A stretch of 43,297 nt of DNA from Octopus bimaculoides (GCF_001194135.2 NC_068985.1:11250404-11293700); one strand, 5' to 3'. Numbered from the stretch's first letter, positions 1 through 13,959 are shown. The notes: generated from the sequence alone by a model not told the origin. Program-made: numbers and translations.

Positions 1-335
1 CATCCTTCGTGTTTGGCGTTGAAGTGTTGGTCGAGGGCCAACCTCGCCGCCACTACGTTGGACGCGATGCCAGTACTAAGTGCCTCTTCTAATTTCTTAA
101 CTAGGTATCCCTCTATTCTATTTCGGTCTAACGCTAGGGCCTTACTGTACCTAACCGATTCTGACTTGATTGCTTTTTTGAGGGCATACCACCATCTGTT
201 GTTGATGATGGCACCCGTTAATGCTCTCTTAACCAAAGTGCTAATCCGGTCCCTGTAAGCCTGGCGTGCCGTGAACGACGCGTTCAGCTTCCAGTAACCG
301 GGACCCTGTCTATGTGTCTTATCTAAGTCAAGCGT
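1..335 (-). mobile_element. Tx1/L1-clade LINE ORF2 fragment (linker just after the AP-endonuclease domain); continues beyond the window start
   Basis: My minus-strand translation is open for about 110 codons: TLDLDKTHRQGPGYWKLNASFTARQAYRDRISTLVKRALTGAIINNRWWYALKKAIK... GxGxWKLNxS is the conserved post-endonuclease motif of Tx1/L1 ORF2. The + ORF 13..258 is its antisense shadow. Confidence 0.85.
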
Positions 336-357
336 AGATAGATAGATAGATAGATAG
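335..357. repeat. (TAGA)n microsatellite abutting the 5'-truncated end of the Tx1 fragment
   Basis: tagatagatagatagatagatag seen directly. Confidence 0.9.
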
Positions 358-1654
358 AGGGGTCAATGGATAAATTATATGAATCGAATTGGCGTACGAA
401 GAAATAACAATAAAATTATCAAAAGAAAGATAAAGAATGTGAAGAAATGTGTTAATTTCTAATATTCATTTAAGTAGTTTTGCTATTGTGTTTCGATGGA
501 GGCCTCAATAAATCTCTTCTTGACTTCTTTTCCGTTTTTTTTTTCTTTTTTCTTAGCATGGTCGCAGTCAGAAACTAGTAAAAGAAATTGATTTTCGAAA
601 TACGTCTTCAAATATTTTCTTTATTTCTTACGAAGGTAGCGTACGAGTTTCCGTTGATTTGACTGCTAATTCTAGCCAGTTGTATGAGAATTCATAGGCC
701 ACTTCGCTGTTTAGAAATGTGACATGGAATGCAGAAAAGAATATTTGAAATTTCAGGCTATATAAGACGAAGCAAAAGAAGCGTTTAATAATATAGACAG
801 AGAGAAAACCATGTCTTTGAGAGGTTTATTTGGGACCAAAGTGATCGGGTATCGATCCTAGATGACAAAAATTGACCATGTGTCTTTTTTCTGTAGCAAG
901 TCTCTGACCAATAAGTTGTAAAAGGAAATTCAGAAAAGAAACATTGCGGAAGGCTGGGTGCGTATGCGTGTACAGGCTGTGTCATTCTTTATTTCTATGT
1001 CAAACAGGTTTTGTGTTAAAAGAACGCAACTTGCGGCATTGATAAATAAGAGAGACACGTAAAATACTAGCCTGAGATCGGTATGACTGAGTAAACCTGT
1101 ACAGGCAGTGCCCGGGTATGGGAGGCAATCTAATTGCTGAAACCACTAAAAATAATGGGTGAACGTTTTTACTATTGTTGATGGTAAAATTGTAGATAAT
1201 AACACGGAGGAATTAACACGAAGAAGATCAAGAACCAAAAGATAAAGAAAGGAAAAAAGAAAATAAGGAAACAAAAAGAAGAAAACATTGGTTGGAAGAG
1301 GTGGAGGAAGGGGAGGAGGAATGTAGGATGGTTGAAGAATAAGGAAAACAAAACAGCAGCAGATGAAGGAGGATGCTAAGACGTACGATAAAAAAAAAAA
1401 CTAAAACAAAACCACAACAATAAAAAATACATCAATAGCAATTACAACAACAATTACACTATAACAGGTAGGACGCACAAGGAAAATAAATCTGCTCTCT
1501 CTGACATCACAAAAGCATCCGACGAATTTCTACTGATAGAAGATCGTGTGGAAGACATCTTTGAAATGAAGATAATTGCTTTCTCGTTTATTTATTTATT
1601 GTTTCTGTAGCATATCTATAGTTCTTTATTATGTTTATTTCCTTATTGAAAGCT

Positions 1655-1770
1655 TGTTGTTATTTTGGTTGTTGTGGTGGTAGTGGTGGCGGTGGTCGTT
1701 GTTGTTGTTGTTGTTTTTTGTTGCTGTTGTAGATATTACTACCGTTGTTCGTTTCGGCGTTTGATGATGT
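1655..1770. repeat. Imperfect (GTT/GGT)n trinucleotide repeat
   Basis: Runs of gttgttgtt and ggtggtagtggtggc; explains the poly-Q/poly-P ORF 1660..1848. Confidence 0.85.
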
Positions 1771-1899
1771 TGTATTTGAATGAATTAGTTCGCATTGCGT
1801 AATGTTTATTGCCAATAAGCGACACATAATTAAATAATATGAAAGCAATTATAAGTTGCCTGTGAAAAATCTTGCGCATATCCTGGTTAAAATAGGTGA

Positions 1900-2170
1900 G
1901 TAACAGAGACCTCTATGCAAGGACTCATCAGCAAAAAGATAAAAACAAAAAGATAAAGAAAATGAGATGGGAAACGATAGGGCTCACACTCAACGTAATG
2001 TGATTAGATCGATTGTTATATGAAATCTCCAGGGAAATGTAAACTTGATCGGTTACGTATTATCTGGCTTAGAAAAATACATCCTGATATCTTGGGATGT
2101 GAGTTACACCTGGGATATACTACTTCAGCACAAGAATTATAGAATATTCTCAGTGTTCATAAAGGATATA
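1900..2170 (+). mobile_element. Degenerate RTE-clade LINE 3' fragment
   Basis: Frameshifted pieces SNRDLYARTHQ, KMRWETIGLTL and NLQGK... resemble the RTE C-terminal consensus SNxxLxxRTxQ..RRWxWIGHxLR..W.PQGxRxRGRP (matched from memory). Confidence 0.55.
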
Positions 2171-2371
2171 AAGTCAATAATAATCCAACGACCAACACTT
2201 ATAATGTAGCCAAAACCCATTACAATTAGAGTGTCGCACTCAAATGACATCTTTATGTATAATTTTAAATGCCATCGGAGTCAAAGACGAACAACCTGAG
2301 TCCGTATTAGTGAGTTCAATCGGAGACTGCGCTGAGTCCAGAGAAAATCACATTTGCCCATTATTTTTCTT

Positions 2372-2562
2372 CTTTTACTTGTTTCAGTCATTTGACTGTG
2401 GCCATACTGGAGCACCGCCTTTTACTAGAACAAATCGACCCCATCACTTATTCTTTGTAAGCCTAGTACTTATTCTGTCGGTGCATTTTTCCGAGCCGCT
2501 AACTTACGGGGACTTAAACACATCAACAACAGTTGTCAAGCGATGATCGGGGGACAAACACA
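2372..2562 (-). mobile_element. 3' half of tRNA-derived SINE family B (same family as 8232-8858)
   Basis: cttttacttgtttcagtcatttgactgtggccatactggagcaccgcc...taacttacggggacttaaacac...ttgtcaagcgatg...gggacaaacaca is co-linear with 8232-8405. It stops where the family's internal microsatellite begins. Confidence 0.85.
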
Positions 2563-2630
2563 AAAATAGAGAAAGGCGACTGAAGTGTCAGAAATAGTGC
2601 AGGAGAAGTGAAAGGCAGGATGGAAAGATT

Positions 2631-2712
2631 ATATNNNNNNNNNNNNNNNNNNNNNNNNNNNNNNNNNNNTATATATATATATATATATATAGATATATAT
2701 ATATGTATGTAT
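2631..2712. repeat. (AT)n microsatellite containing assembly gap 2635-2669
   Basis: AT dinucleotide run flanking 35 N. Confidence 0.95.
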
Positions 2713-3279
2713 TCTATTCAAACAAAGAACCAATTAAAAAACAAAGGGAAAAAACGCGAGTGAGGACGTGCACCAGGACTATATTAATTTGTCACTCGGT
2801 TAAGGGGGAGAATTGTTGTTAATGTTTCGAGCATAGCTCTTCATCAGAAACAGGAAAGTCGAAAGAGAAAGTAGGAAAAATAAGGTAAAATCGCCAAACG
2901 TCCACGTGCGGATACATTTCTGAAGTGACAGACCTTTGAAATTTAGGCAGTAGCGATCTTTCTCCTGCTTCCCATTCCTAATAGCACTAGCCAAAACGAT
3001 GAGATAAGCAGCAAATGATGACTGTATGGGATATAGATAACAACATGCATGCGGTATTTTTCACAACTACAAACTAAACTGATAACTTTGCGTTAATATC
3101 TGAAAGAGCACAAAAAGCGCCGCTGCTATTGTTTCGAGTTGAGTTTTGTACATCACTCAGTGACTTATAGGAACAATAAGAAATGTATCTGATTCACCCA
3201 AGCTACATATTAACAATAAATGAATACGAATTGGAAAAAGTAATTGATTTCTTATATTAGGCTCCCGGGTTGATACCAT

Positions 3280-3800
3280 TGATACCAATGGGGAGCCCAT
3301 TTAGACTTTGATTGTTAAAACGTGGTCTGCTTTCTTGAAAATGGACGCCATTTAGAAATCAAACGTGAACGGAGAGATTAAGATTAAATCCTTTCGAGCA
3401 GCACTAGAAAAGGTGCTCTTATCCGGCTGCACTACATGCTTCATCATTGAAGCACTTGACGGAACATTACACAGAATATACACAAGTCGTCAGGGTCCAA
3501 AACTTAACGTCAAACTGCGATCTCATAAAACAAACTAAGTCCTTTAAGGAAAGCTTCAAAGAATTGTTTCGACCGTAAAGGAAGACCAAGATTATATTGA
3601 CAATGATTTCGTAATAAGGATGAGATAGTGAGTCAAAGGCAGATGTAGGAACCAGAAAATGGAAAGCGATATAAGGGGATTTATCGGCCAACTGGCTGAA
3701 GACTCTGCTTTACTGAAGAGTGACTTACCAAAACAAGGAATACTGCTGATGAGAGATTCATTGTGTTTATCTGTGGACGACGCGATTTGTATGTAGGTAA
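3280..3800 (+). mobile_element. Degenerate RTE-clade LINE 3' ORF fragment
   Basis: From 3341: MDAI*KSNVNGEIKIKSFRAALEKVLLSGCTTCFIIEALDG, matching the RTE consensus L.KIWKSNL...LKIRxFRAxVESVLLYG.ETW......LDG.YTR. Confidence 0.7.
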
Positions 3801-5088
3801 GGAGGAGAGATAGGAGAGTACTGTAGTTCGCTCGAAGTATTGTGTATTGTTTGTAAGGAATAAAATATTTTGAATGCCACAACAATGCTCTATAATACAA
3901 ACAATGGACTATAATAACTGTTGTAATTTAATCATCCATAGTCTAATATGATATTTCGGAATAAAATTCCTTCTTCAGATATCCCTAGCAAAATTGATGT
4001 CTATAATAATTGATGTCTAGAGCATTGAATGTGGTATCAATTTATATAGTGTAAGATTTCGATTTGAGGTCTGAACCTATCTATCTTTACTCTTCATTTT
4101 TCCATCAGCATATAAAAATAAGTGAAGTGGTTGACGTATTCAACAATACATAATATTACTGTTTTCCATTGTAGTCATAGTTTCCCGACTAAAAACGGGA
4201 AATGAGGCGAAGATAAATTTTGCAATTAACTTTTCAAAAATGCGTAGATAGTTGTCATTTAATTGGAAAAATATAAATATAAATAATATAAATATTTCTT
4301 ATTTGTTCTGGCAATTATTTCTTTCATTTCATGTCATATAACATCTCAACCTTGCAAGAAGGTCTTTATTTTAACTTCGAATGTATCATTATGTTTTTCT
4401 GATTTATTCTCGAAAATGATATTGTTCTACGAATATTTCTTTTTTCCCTCCAATTCTCTCTTTTTGGTCTTTTCTTACGCCAAGAGATGTTCGTAATTGA
4501 ATATCATTGATGGCATTACAATACTCAAGAGACAAACGAAGATGTGATACAAACAGTGTTGGATAATCGATTATCGCTTTTCTTTCTTTGTTGATAGTGC
4601 TCAGCAAAGCATTATAGGAATTACAATTCATCGTGTGTCTTACATCGGAAAATATTTCGTATTTATCTTCTGGATGTAAGGACTTCATCGTTAATCAAGT
4701 TATATCATCATATCTAGAATCATTATTCTGATTTAATTACATATACAGAATCAGAATCAATATTATTTCTAAACACTAATTTGGTACCTTTAAGCGTACA
4801 TTAATGTGGTACCTTTAAGCGTACAACTTCAGAAAATGAGGATCGGTGAGAAAAAAGATTTTACATTTCATCATGTAATTTACATGCTGTGCTCTTTCAA
4901 GTCAAGGAATCTTCGGGTTTCTTAATATCAAACAAACAAAGCACAATAAGCGATGTATCCAGAAAAAGAAGCACCCCCTAAAGAACGGAGCATTAATGTA
5001 TTTACATGCAGTTAAATATATGTCCGGTCATAGACTGACCAATGGTTTCGCTTACAAAAAGCGCTTAGCTTTATAAACCACTCGTCTA

Positions 5089-5778
5089 ATTGTCGACGAT
5101 GGCTTATCCGGCCGAAACACCGCAGTCACTGTCAATAGCAGGCTTGCTTAAGAATAAGCACAGACATACAAACGCTAGCACGCACGCGCGCACACACGCG
5201 CATATATATATTTTCTTTTATTCTTTTATTCATCTCAGAACATATAACCGGTCGAAAACCGTTACGGTCATTTAATTTGTAAATAAAGAATAATATTCAG
5301 TTTGAACAGGACAAGTCATCTCCCTTAGATCTGGCCGGTTTGCCAATCTAAGTCTTGAAGGGCAAACGGGAAATATCCACCTTTAGGCTTCAGGCCGACG
5401 ACTGTGTTATGAGTCAAACGCTTGTGATCGTATATGCACCTTGAATATAATCCGTCCTTGCTTCGATATGTACGTACAGGTTCCATTAATTTTATTTTGT
5501 ACACGATATACATTTCATAGACCTAACTTTGTGCTTTACTATTTAAGGACGTGGTTCACTGGAATCCTAAAATTTCATATATACATATAAGCACGGTGGT
5601 GCTCCAGCATGAACACAGTCGCATGGCTGAGGCGAATAAAAGTATAAAAGAATATATATGCATGAGTGTATGTGTGTAAGTGTGTGTGCGCGCGCATGTA
5701 TGTGTGCGTTTATTCTTAAGCAAGCCTGCTATTAAAAATGACTTCGATCTTTCGGTCAGCTAAGCCATCGTCGACAAT
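5089..5778. repeat. Inverted repeat with ~150-bp arms (5089-5238 / 5627-5778) and ~390-bp spacer
   Basis: Left arm attgtcgacgatggctta...aatagcaggcttgcttaagaataa...ttcttttattc..ctcag is the reverse complement of right arm ctgag..gaataaaag...ttattcttaagcaagcctgctatt...taagccatcgtcgacaat. Confidence 0.85.
5594..5650 (+). mobile_element. 3' tail fragment of SINE family B
   Basis: cggtggtgctccagcatgaacacagtc...gaataaaagtataaaag is the reverse complement of the motif at 2372-2420. Confidence 0.7.
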
Positions 5779-5974
5779 AGAATAACTGACTGAATCTTCG
5801 AAGTCACTGTTAAAAGCTTTCTTGCTTAAGTATTAACTTGTATTCTGCAAAAAATATGTACTTATACCTCAGATTAATATGAGTTTATCATAATTAAACA
5901 TAAAAGCAAACATCCATTTATACATACATGTATATGTACATATGAATGTGTGTAGATAGATATAATCATATACC

Positions 5975-5988
5975 ATAACACACACACG

Positions 5989-6040
<52 letters not shown>
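5975..6040. repeat. (CA)n microsatellite
   Basis: Direct inspection. Confidence 0.95.
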
Positions 6041-6041
<1 letters not shown>

Positions 6042-6399
6042 TAGCATACAAATTTCTTTTACGAACGAGAAGTTGAATAAGTACCCCATATATAAAGCAA
6101 AGCAAAATTGACAGTTACTAGAAGAGATTAATATACCCGTGAATTATGAACATAGAAATTGGTGCGACTTCATTTATCAAAATATTGGTGAAATTACCTA
6201 CGGCTGCTTTTATGGCATACGGATTAAAATGTTCTAATATATTATACTAAACAGAGTGAAAGCATACTTATTAGTGCATATATTTCAACCAACTACATAA
6301 TGTATCAAAATTAGATGTGAAGGAAACTGGTAATTAAAGCGTAGGTTTGTATGCATATATACCTAGGTATAACATTTAAATACATGCATACATACATAC

Positions 6400-7525
<1,126 letters not shown>

Positions 7526-8071
7526 ATGGAAAATTTTCTCCTAATAATGAAATGGTTATTAGTAACTACAGTAAATATGTATGCGAAAGAAATAGTGATG
7601 AAAACTCGAATATGGGGAAAAATGTAGGCAAATAAGTCTTTAATGATCTTTCTGTCGATTATTCATTTAAATGGCAAGAAGCCAAAATCTTCACACTTTG
7701 CTTAATAAAGTTATTGGGTGTAATCCACAGAGAAGCCTTTATACAGAGGTCACTCTGTGTATTATGTTACATCTTAGGCTAGGCTTCCGCCACATATATC
7801 TGGACTAACTTATTTGTGCCATTATTTCAATAATCCCTTTTACAATTGGCGCCGTTTACCGAAACCTATTCAATGGCCATTTACTGTGTACTTACAGGGT
7901 TTCGTATTGTGCAATGTTTATTCTTCTCTGCTGTACAAAAGTAACATCTTCTGAATCCATTATTACAAAAGTCAGTATAATTCATTTCTCTTCAATTTAA
8001 TATTTATATTGGACCTTATTATGAAATTTCATCTTAGACCATTCGAGGTGAGGAGCAATTTTCCCTCGCAA

Positions 8072-8128
<57 letters not shown>

Positions 8129-8192
8129 CAGCAGCAGCAGCAGCCGCAGAAGCTGCAGGTTCAGTAGCAGCAGCAGCAGAAGTAGCAGCAGT
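8072..8192. repeat. Compound (TAG)n-(CAG)n trinucleotide repeat
   Basis: tagtagtag grading into agcagcagc; explains the poly-A/poly-T ORF 8034..8231. Confidence 0.9.
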
Positions 8193-8231
8193 GATTACTT
8201 CGAAATATTGGCTAATTAATAAAACTTCCAT

Positions 8232-8448
8232 CTTTTACTTGATTCAGGTATGCTGGGGCACCACTTTGAAATCGTTTTGTGTAATGAATTGACTCCAGTG
8301 CTTACTTTAACATTGCCAATTATACTGTTGGTCTCTATAGTCGACCAACTAAGTTACAGGGATGTAAACACAGCAACACCGGTGGTCAAGCAGATTGGGG
8401 ACAACTACAAGTACACCTACACATGCATATACATACATAATACATATG

Positions 8449-8479
<31 letters not shown>

Positions 8480-8858
8480 NNNNNNNNNNNNNNNNNNNNN
8501 NNNNNNNNNNNNNNNNNNNNNNNNNNNNNNNNNNNNNNNNNNNNNNNNNNNNNNNNNNNNNNNNNNNNNNNNNNNNNNNNNNNNNNNNNNNNNNNNNNNN
8601 NNNNNNNATATACATATATATATATATACACATATATACATATATATACACACATGCATACATACATACACACACGCACGCATATATATATATATATATA
8701 TACATACGACGAGCTTCATTCAGCTTCCTTCTATCAAATCCACACGCCCGGCTTTGGTCGGTCGGAGGATATATTAGATTATTTTGCTAAGCAGTGGGAC
8801 TGAACCGGGAACCATGCGGTTGCGAAGCTGACTTCTTAGCACATCCACGCCTGCGCCT
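8232..8858 (-). mobile_element. Near full-length tRNA-derived SINE (family B) with an internal (AT/CA) microsatellite and gap 8480-8607
   Basis: Minus-strand head aggcgcaggcgtggatgtgctaagaag...atggttcccggttcagtcccactgc (B-box-like ggttcagtccc), then core, microsatellite, and a tail ending ...aagtaaaag. Confidence 0.85.
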
Positions 8859-9742
8859 ATAATTAGTAGGATATTTGAAAAACGGAAATCAATTTCATTA
8901 TTCGATTTCTGTCAAATTGATATATGCACGTTCATCTGTATGATTTATGCGTAGAGCGGCATCACCTCATGCTATTCTTTTCGATTATATAAAGGAGACG
9001 ATGTAATTTTACTAATCTACTGCTGCTATTTCCCGTAGGTCAAAGGGATCATGAAGATGCACACTCGTCGGTTAATGGGACAAGGGTTTACCTGAGAATC
9101 AGTATTCTAAGAACGGAAACAAAAGGAACGTTTCTAGGATTTGTACAAAACGGAGAAATTTTTAAAATATTTTTGTGGTAATTTGGAAATAAAACTTCAG
9201 AACCATGTTTATATGCAAGTAAAAGAATACATATAAACGTAATATATATCTCTCGTATCACAATAACTTTTCATAATCTTGCATTTGGCATTTTAGCATT
9301 AACCTGAAGAAAATGTCAAGAGTTAAATCTCCAGGAATACAAACAGCGAGCGATATATATGGAGATGACAGACGCAAAAATACACACAGCCAGGCATACA
9401 CATAAAACCTCAGAGATGCACGCAATACATACACGCATACACAAACGCACACACAAACATATACATATAAATACATATTAATGCGTTTATATGTCTAATT
9501 TCATGTATGTATGCATAGTGTCATCCTCAAATGAATGCTGTTGACCTTAGTAATTGCTTAGGTCGACAATTTATTTTCACACATACACACACAGATACAG
9601 AAATTCACACACAAATGTATATTAAGTGTATGAAATGTAAATAACAAACACTAAGACACTATACAGGTTGCGTAGGCAAATGTTAAACACGCACAGGTCG
9701 ACTGTGGTTTCCAAAATCGCATATTGATTGTTATCATATATA

Positions 9743-9744
<2 letters not shown>

Positions 9745-9800
<56 letters not shown>

Positions 9801-10360
9801 NNNNNNNNNNNNNNNNNNNNNNNNNNNNNNNNNNNNNNNNNNNNNNNNNNNNNNNNNNNNNNNNNNNNNNNNNNNNNNNNNNNNNNNNNNNNNNNNNNNN
9901 NNNNNNNNNNNNNNNNNNNNNNNNNNNNNNNNNNNNNNNNNNNNNNNNNNNNNNNNNNNNNNNNNNNNNNNNNNNNNNNNNNNNNNNNNNNNNNNNNNNN
10001 NNNNNNNNNNNNNNNNNNNNNNNNNNNNNNNNNNNNNNNNNNNNNNNNNNNNNNNNNNNNNNNNNNNNNNNNNNNNNNNNNNNNNNNNNNNNNNNNNNNN
10101 NNNNNNNNNNNNNNNNNNNNNNNNNNNNNNNNNNNNNNNNNNNNNNNNNNNNNNNNNNNNNNNNNNNNNNNNNNNNNNNNNNNNNNNNNNNNNNNNNNNN
10201 NNNNNNNNNNNNNNNNNNNNNNNNNNNNNNNNNNNNNNNNNNNNNNNNNNNNNNNNNNNNNNNNNNNNNNNNNNNNNNNNNNNNNNNNNNNNNNNNNNNN
10301 NNNNNNNNNNNNNNNNNNNNNNNNNNNNNNNNNNNNAGAGAGAGAGAGAGAGAGAGAGAG
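9745..10360. repeat. (CA)n and (AG)n microsatellites flanking gap 9801-10336
   Basis: Direct inspection. Confidence 0.95.
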
Positions 10361-10700
10361 CCTACGGTGATCTCTCACGACGAGGGGCTGCGTGCACTTT
10401 AACATTTTCTTGACCTCCGACCCAACCCACAACCCGGCACCTCAACATTTCTCGGGAGTGGCCATGGGAACGAGAATGGGCCCCAACTATGCGAACCTGT
10501 TCGTTGGCTATGTTGAAGCACAAATATTCTTAAGTTTCACTGTTCCTACTCCCGAACTATATCGCCGTTATATTGACGACTGTAACGGCGCCACCTCACT
10601 CTCCCACGAACATCTAGACTCGTTCCTCTCTTTTGTCAAATCCTTCCATCCGGCCCTCCACTTCTCCTGACACCTCTGTCTCCTTTTTCCAAATTCCAGA
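10361..10700 (+). mobile_element. Penelope-like element (PLE) reverse-transcriptase relic with internal deletions
   Basis: TVISHDEGLRAL*HFLDLRPNPQPGTST, then GVAMGTRMGPNYANLFVGYVE...RRYIDD...SFHPALHFS. These are the PLE RT motifs GxAMG..P.YANLF and RYIDD. Confidence 0.9.
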
Positions 10701-10789
10701 CGAATCCTCATTCTCTTCCTCGGTTCTCTCCATCATGTTCAGCAGTATTTTTTCTTACTTACCCATCAAGGGGTGAATTCTAAAGAGAC

Positions 10790-11800
10790 CATACGGAATG
10801 TTCGCACTCATGAGCGTCTTGGCTCACGAAATCGGGGATCCCGGACGTTCTGGCAAATCTGCAACAATATTCCTTCTCTTTTTCATTATGACTTGGAAGG
10901 ACAAGGATGAGCTATTAGTTTGGCAGTTCTGTACGATTTTTAATATAGGTAACAATGGCCATCCACTGCTTGAGTTTGATGTAAGCGCTCGTAACACACG
11001 CGCCATCTTCCGTATGACAGCTCCAATGGTCATGACTAAGATATTTGATCGATACAAGGCTGCTGTCCTTGTTGGTACACTGGGAGTTGTTTTGCAGCGA
11101 CATAGCCCTGAACTATCCCGTTACATTCGAACTCGCTCAACTAATTTCTATTTGAATCTTGCTTCCATATTGTTGAATATCTTCATCTGCTATTCCGTTA
11201 CTTTAGAATAATGGACAATAGTCTGACCACACAGTTATCATCCTACAAGTCTCCTTCCTGCGATTAGTAGGTCTTTGAACGCTATTATTAAGGTACCTTC
11301 GGTCCAGTGCCTTGAATTTCCCGCTCTTATTTCAGATTTTTCAATATGACTTTTGTAAATCTAGATCTGCTATTGACGTTTTAACTGTCATATCCGAAAG
11401 TCTCTATAGTTACTTGTTGATGAGGCTTTTGACAAGTGTGGAACGCTGAGATGATCCATAAACTCAGAGGCTATCGTCTGTCTGGGTGTCTGAGCCTTTA
11501 TTTAACATCATTAAATCGTTTCGTTGAAATCGTTTGCACAAGAAGGTTCCTGATGACCAGCAGTCAATGCCACGTGTTATCAATACTAGAGTACCTCAGG
11601 GTTCTGTATTTAGTCTTTTTCTGTTCCTCCACTCCACTTCTGTAACTTGGGAACTGTGAAGATGATTCAATGGTTGAATACATCCTACCAACTGTGTCTG
11701 TTCTGAATAGTGATGATCACCTGCAGAACAGAATCACAGACTCTGAAGTCTAAGATGAACCAATCTTCGGGATGGATCGCGAAATCTATAAGGTCAGAGT
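10790..11800 (+). mobile_element. Degenerate Jockey/CR1-group LINE ORF2 (pre-RT linker and RT domains)
   Basis: Across frames: GSRTFWQICNNI; FDRYKAAVLVGTLGVVLQRHSPELS (LDxxKAxGPDxIP..LK.CSPEL); ESCF; LISDFQYDFCKSRSAIDVL (LLSDxQYGFR..RST.DLL); FDKVW; INTRVPQGSVFS (IN.GVPQGSVL). Confidence 0.85.
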
Positions 11801-12014
11801 TTAGAAATTGTTAGTTGCGGACGAGTATTTGTGTTAATAGGACACAGCACGGGTAAAAGATGAGACGAAGTTGAGATCTTATCTCTATGTCTGTATAGTA
11901 GGAATAAGCAATCGTTTTCGAAAATTGGGTTGCTCTACCAAGTAACAGTATGCCCATGACAATGTAAACTGTAGAAGCGTTGTTGAACAGACGACAACTT
12001 TAGATAATGGAATT

Positions 12015-12016
<2 letters not shown>

Positions 12017-12055
<39 letters not shown>

Positions 12056-12147
12056 GGAGGGAGAGAGAGGGATAGAGAGAGGGAGAGAGAGAGAGGGAGA
12101 GAGAGAGGTGGAGAGAGAGTGAGAGTGAGAGAGAGGAACAGAGAGAG
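12017..12147. repeat. Compound (GA)n/(GAGG)n polypurine tract
   Basis: Direct inspection. Confidence 0.95.
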
Positions 12148-13135
12148 TCTGTGTTCGATGGCATAATAGTTAGAGTGTCGTGTTCTTTGAATTGTTAAAG
12201 TAAACTTATTAAATTTGTCTGCCATGGACAAAAGCATATCAGTAACAAAGAAGAGTTGAAAGTCCGTAGAATGGGAAATATTTGTTACAGAATCATTTCA
12301 TGGATTTCTGTAGATTCTTGCCCAAGTCTAAATTTGAACAGGTCATTCAGGTGTTGCATTACCATGTCAGGCTAACAGACATAAGTAAGCTTCCAAGTGC
12401 TAATTCATATTCTCAATAGACATGCGTGTGTTTATGTGTGTGTGTGTCTTTGTGTGGTCCCGACTCCTTGGTTTCACATATAAAAGATAAAAGAAATTAT
12501 CTGCAGCAAAATGTAAGTATTAATTTACTACATATGCTTTTAACCAATCGATAACATGAAATAATCAAAAGATACACACCTACCTAGGAACCGATATTGA
12601 TACAATCACGTATGATACAGATTCATAAGGATACTGTCCGTTTTGGTTGCAAAACCAAACAACCATCTCTCTTTTAAAGCAATCAATACAAGATGCATAG
12701 TGACTAAGGCTAAACAAATTGTACTTTCAACGAACAATGGAATACGATACACTTGACTGGATGCTATTAGTAACATCACTATAAAAACGATAACGACTGA
12801 TTAATTTTTAATTTAGAAACCATTATCAAAATACGAATTGCTATTTGTTTATTGTAAAACATTTGCGACACATTGATACGGCATAAGCTAATGATAGGAG
12901 AACTCTAAATGAGATTCAACAGATAGAAAAGAGAAAAACATTATGGAAGTAAAATTTGGTATCGTGTGATGTATATGTGTATATGTGTACATGTGTATGT
13001 GTATATGTTTATTTGATTTACAAACGCGTATTCGATGGAGATACATAAATTATAAGTAGGTTTACGCCAAAACAGCCGTATATGTTTACAAATATATGTG
13101 TGAGTATTTATGTGAGAGTTTATGTAGGTATAGGA

Positions 13136-13167
<32 letters not shown>

Positions 13168-13959
13168 CTTTTAGATTTGTTTGCGGGAAATGTTTTAAAT
13201 ATGCAAATAAAGCTCCTATTCCATTATGCCGGCCACAGTCTAATGATGCTGACTGGTGAACCAGTGTCTGAATTTGCATCGAGCTGTACCGATATAATGT
13301 GGATTAAATAAAGTAATAACTATGATAATACTTGGATGGAATTTATAAACATTTTATGCATCACTACGCGGGTTTCCACAAATCACATGTCTTTTAAGAT
13401 CACAGTCCGTATTCTAAGGATATTTACAGTGTAGTCTGTTGTATCCTTGGGCATCGGATATATCTTCTTCATGGATTCATTTCTTCAGCTGATATAACAT
13501 TAATGGATGTTTATCCCTTATAAGCAGTCTGAAGGTTGGTTATGTGTGTATTTCTGTGTGTATTTGATGTGGAAGGTGATAGTATACATACAGTATAAGA
13601 TAGAGAAGGTATGTATATAGAGAGAAAGGAATGGTCGTTATGTGGGGACAGAGGTGTGTGTGTGTGGTGATGTTGGAATTATTTTGCTATTCAGGCTGCA
13701 GATGTTAGGGATGGATCGCACATTCCTTCGTTCGATCTCATATAAGGCATGACTATCTTCAATGAATTCTTAAGTAAACAAGACAGCAGATACAACTACT
13801 ACAACCATCAGCTGAATTGATAAATCATACTTTCATAGGGTGACTTTTAATTGTTTCTGGTGGTACAACGGTATAGTATATACCATCCTAAATATCTGTC
13901 GGTTTGTTTATTTGCCTGTGTCCCTTCCTTGTATAATATGCTGTAGGCGGTTGACATTA

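Noticed and set aside
4404-4688. 94-aa minus-strand ORF MKSLHPEDKYEIF...
   Set aside because: No recognisable motif and no convincing splice context; could be an old repeat, but I cannot support a call
10798-10830. VLAHEIG resembling a zinc-metalloprotease HExxH site
   Set aside because: The second His is missing, and the frame is explained by the Jockey/CR1 LINE relic
13201-13279. Inverted octamer motifs ATGCAAAT/ATTTGCAT
   Set aside because: Such 8-mers are expected by chance in AT-rich DNA; no snRNA gene or promoter context nearby
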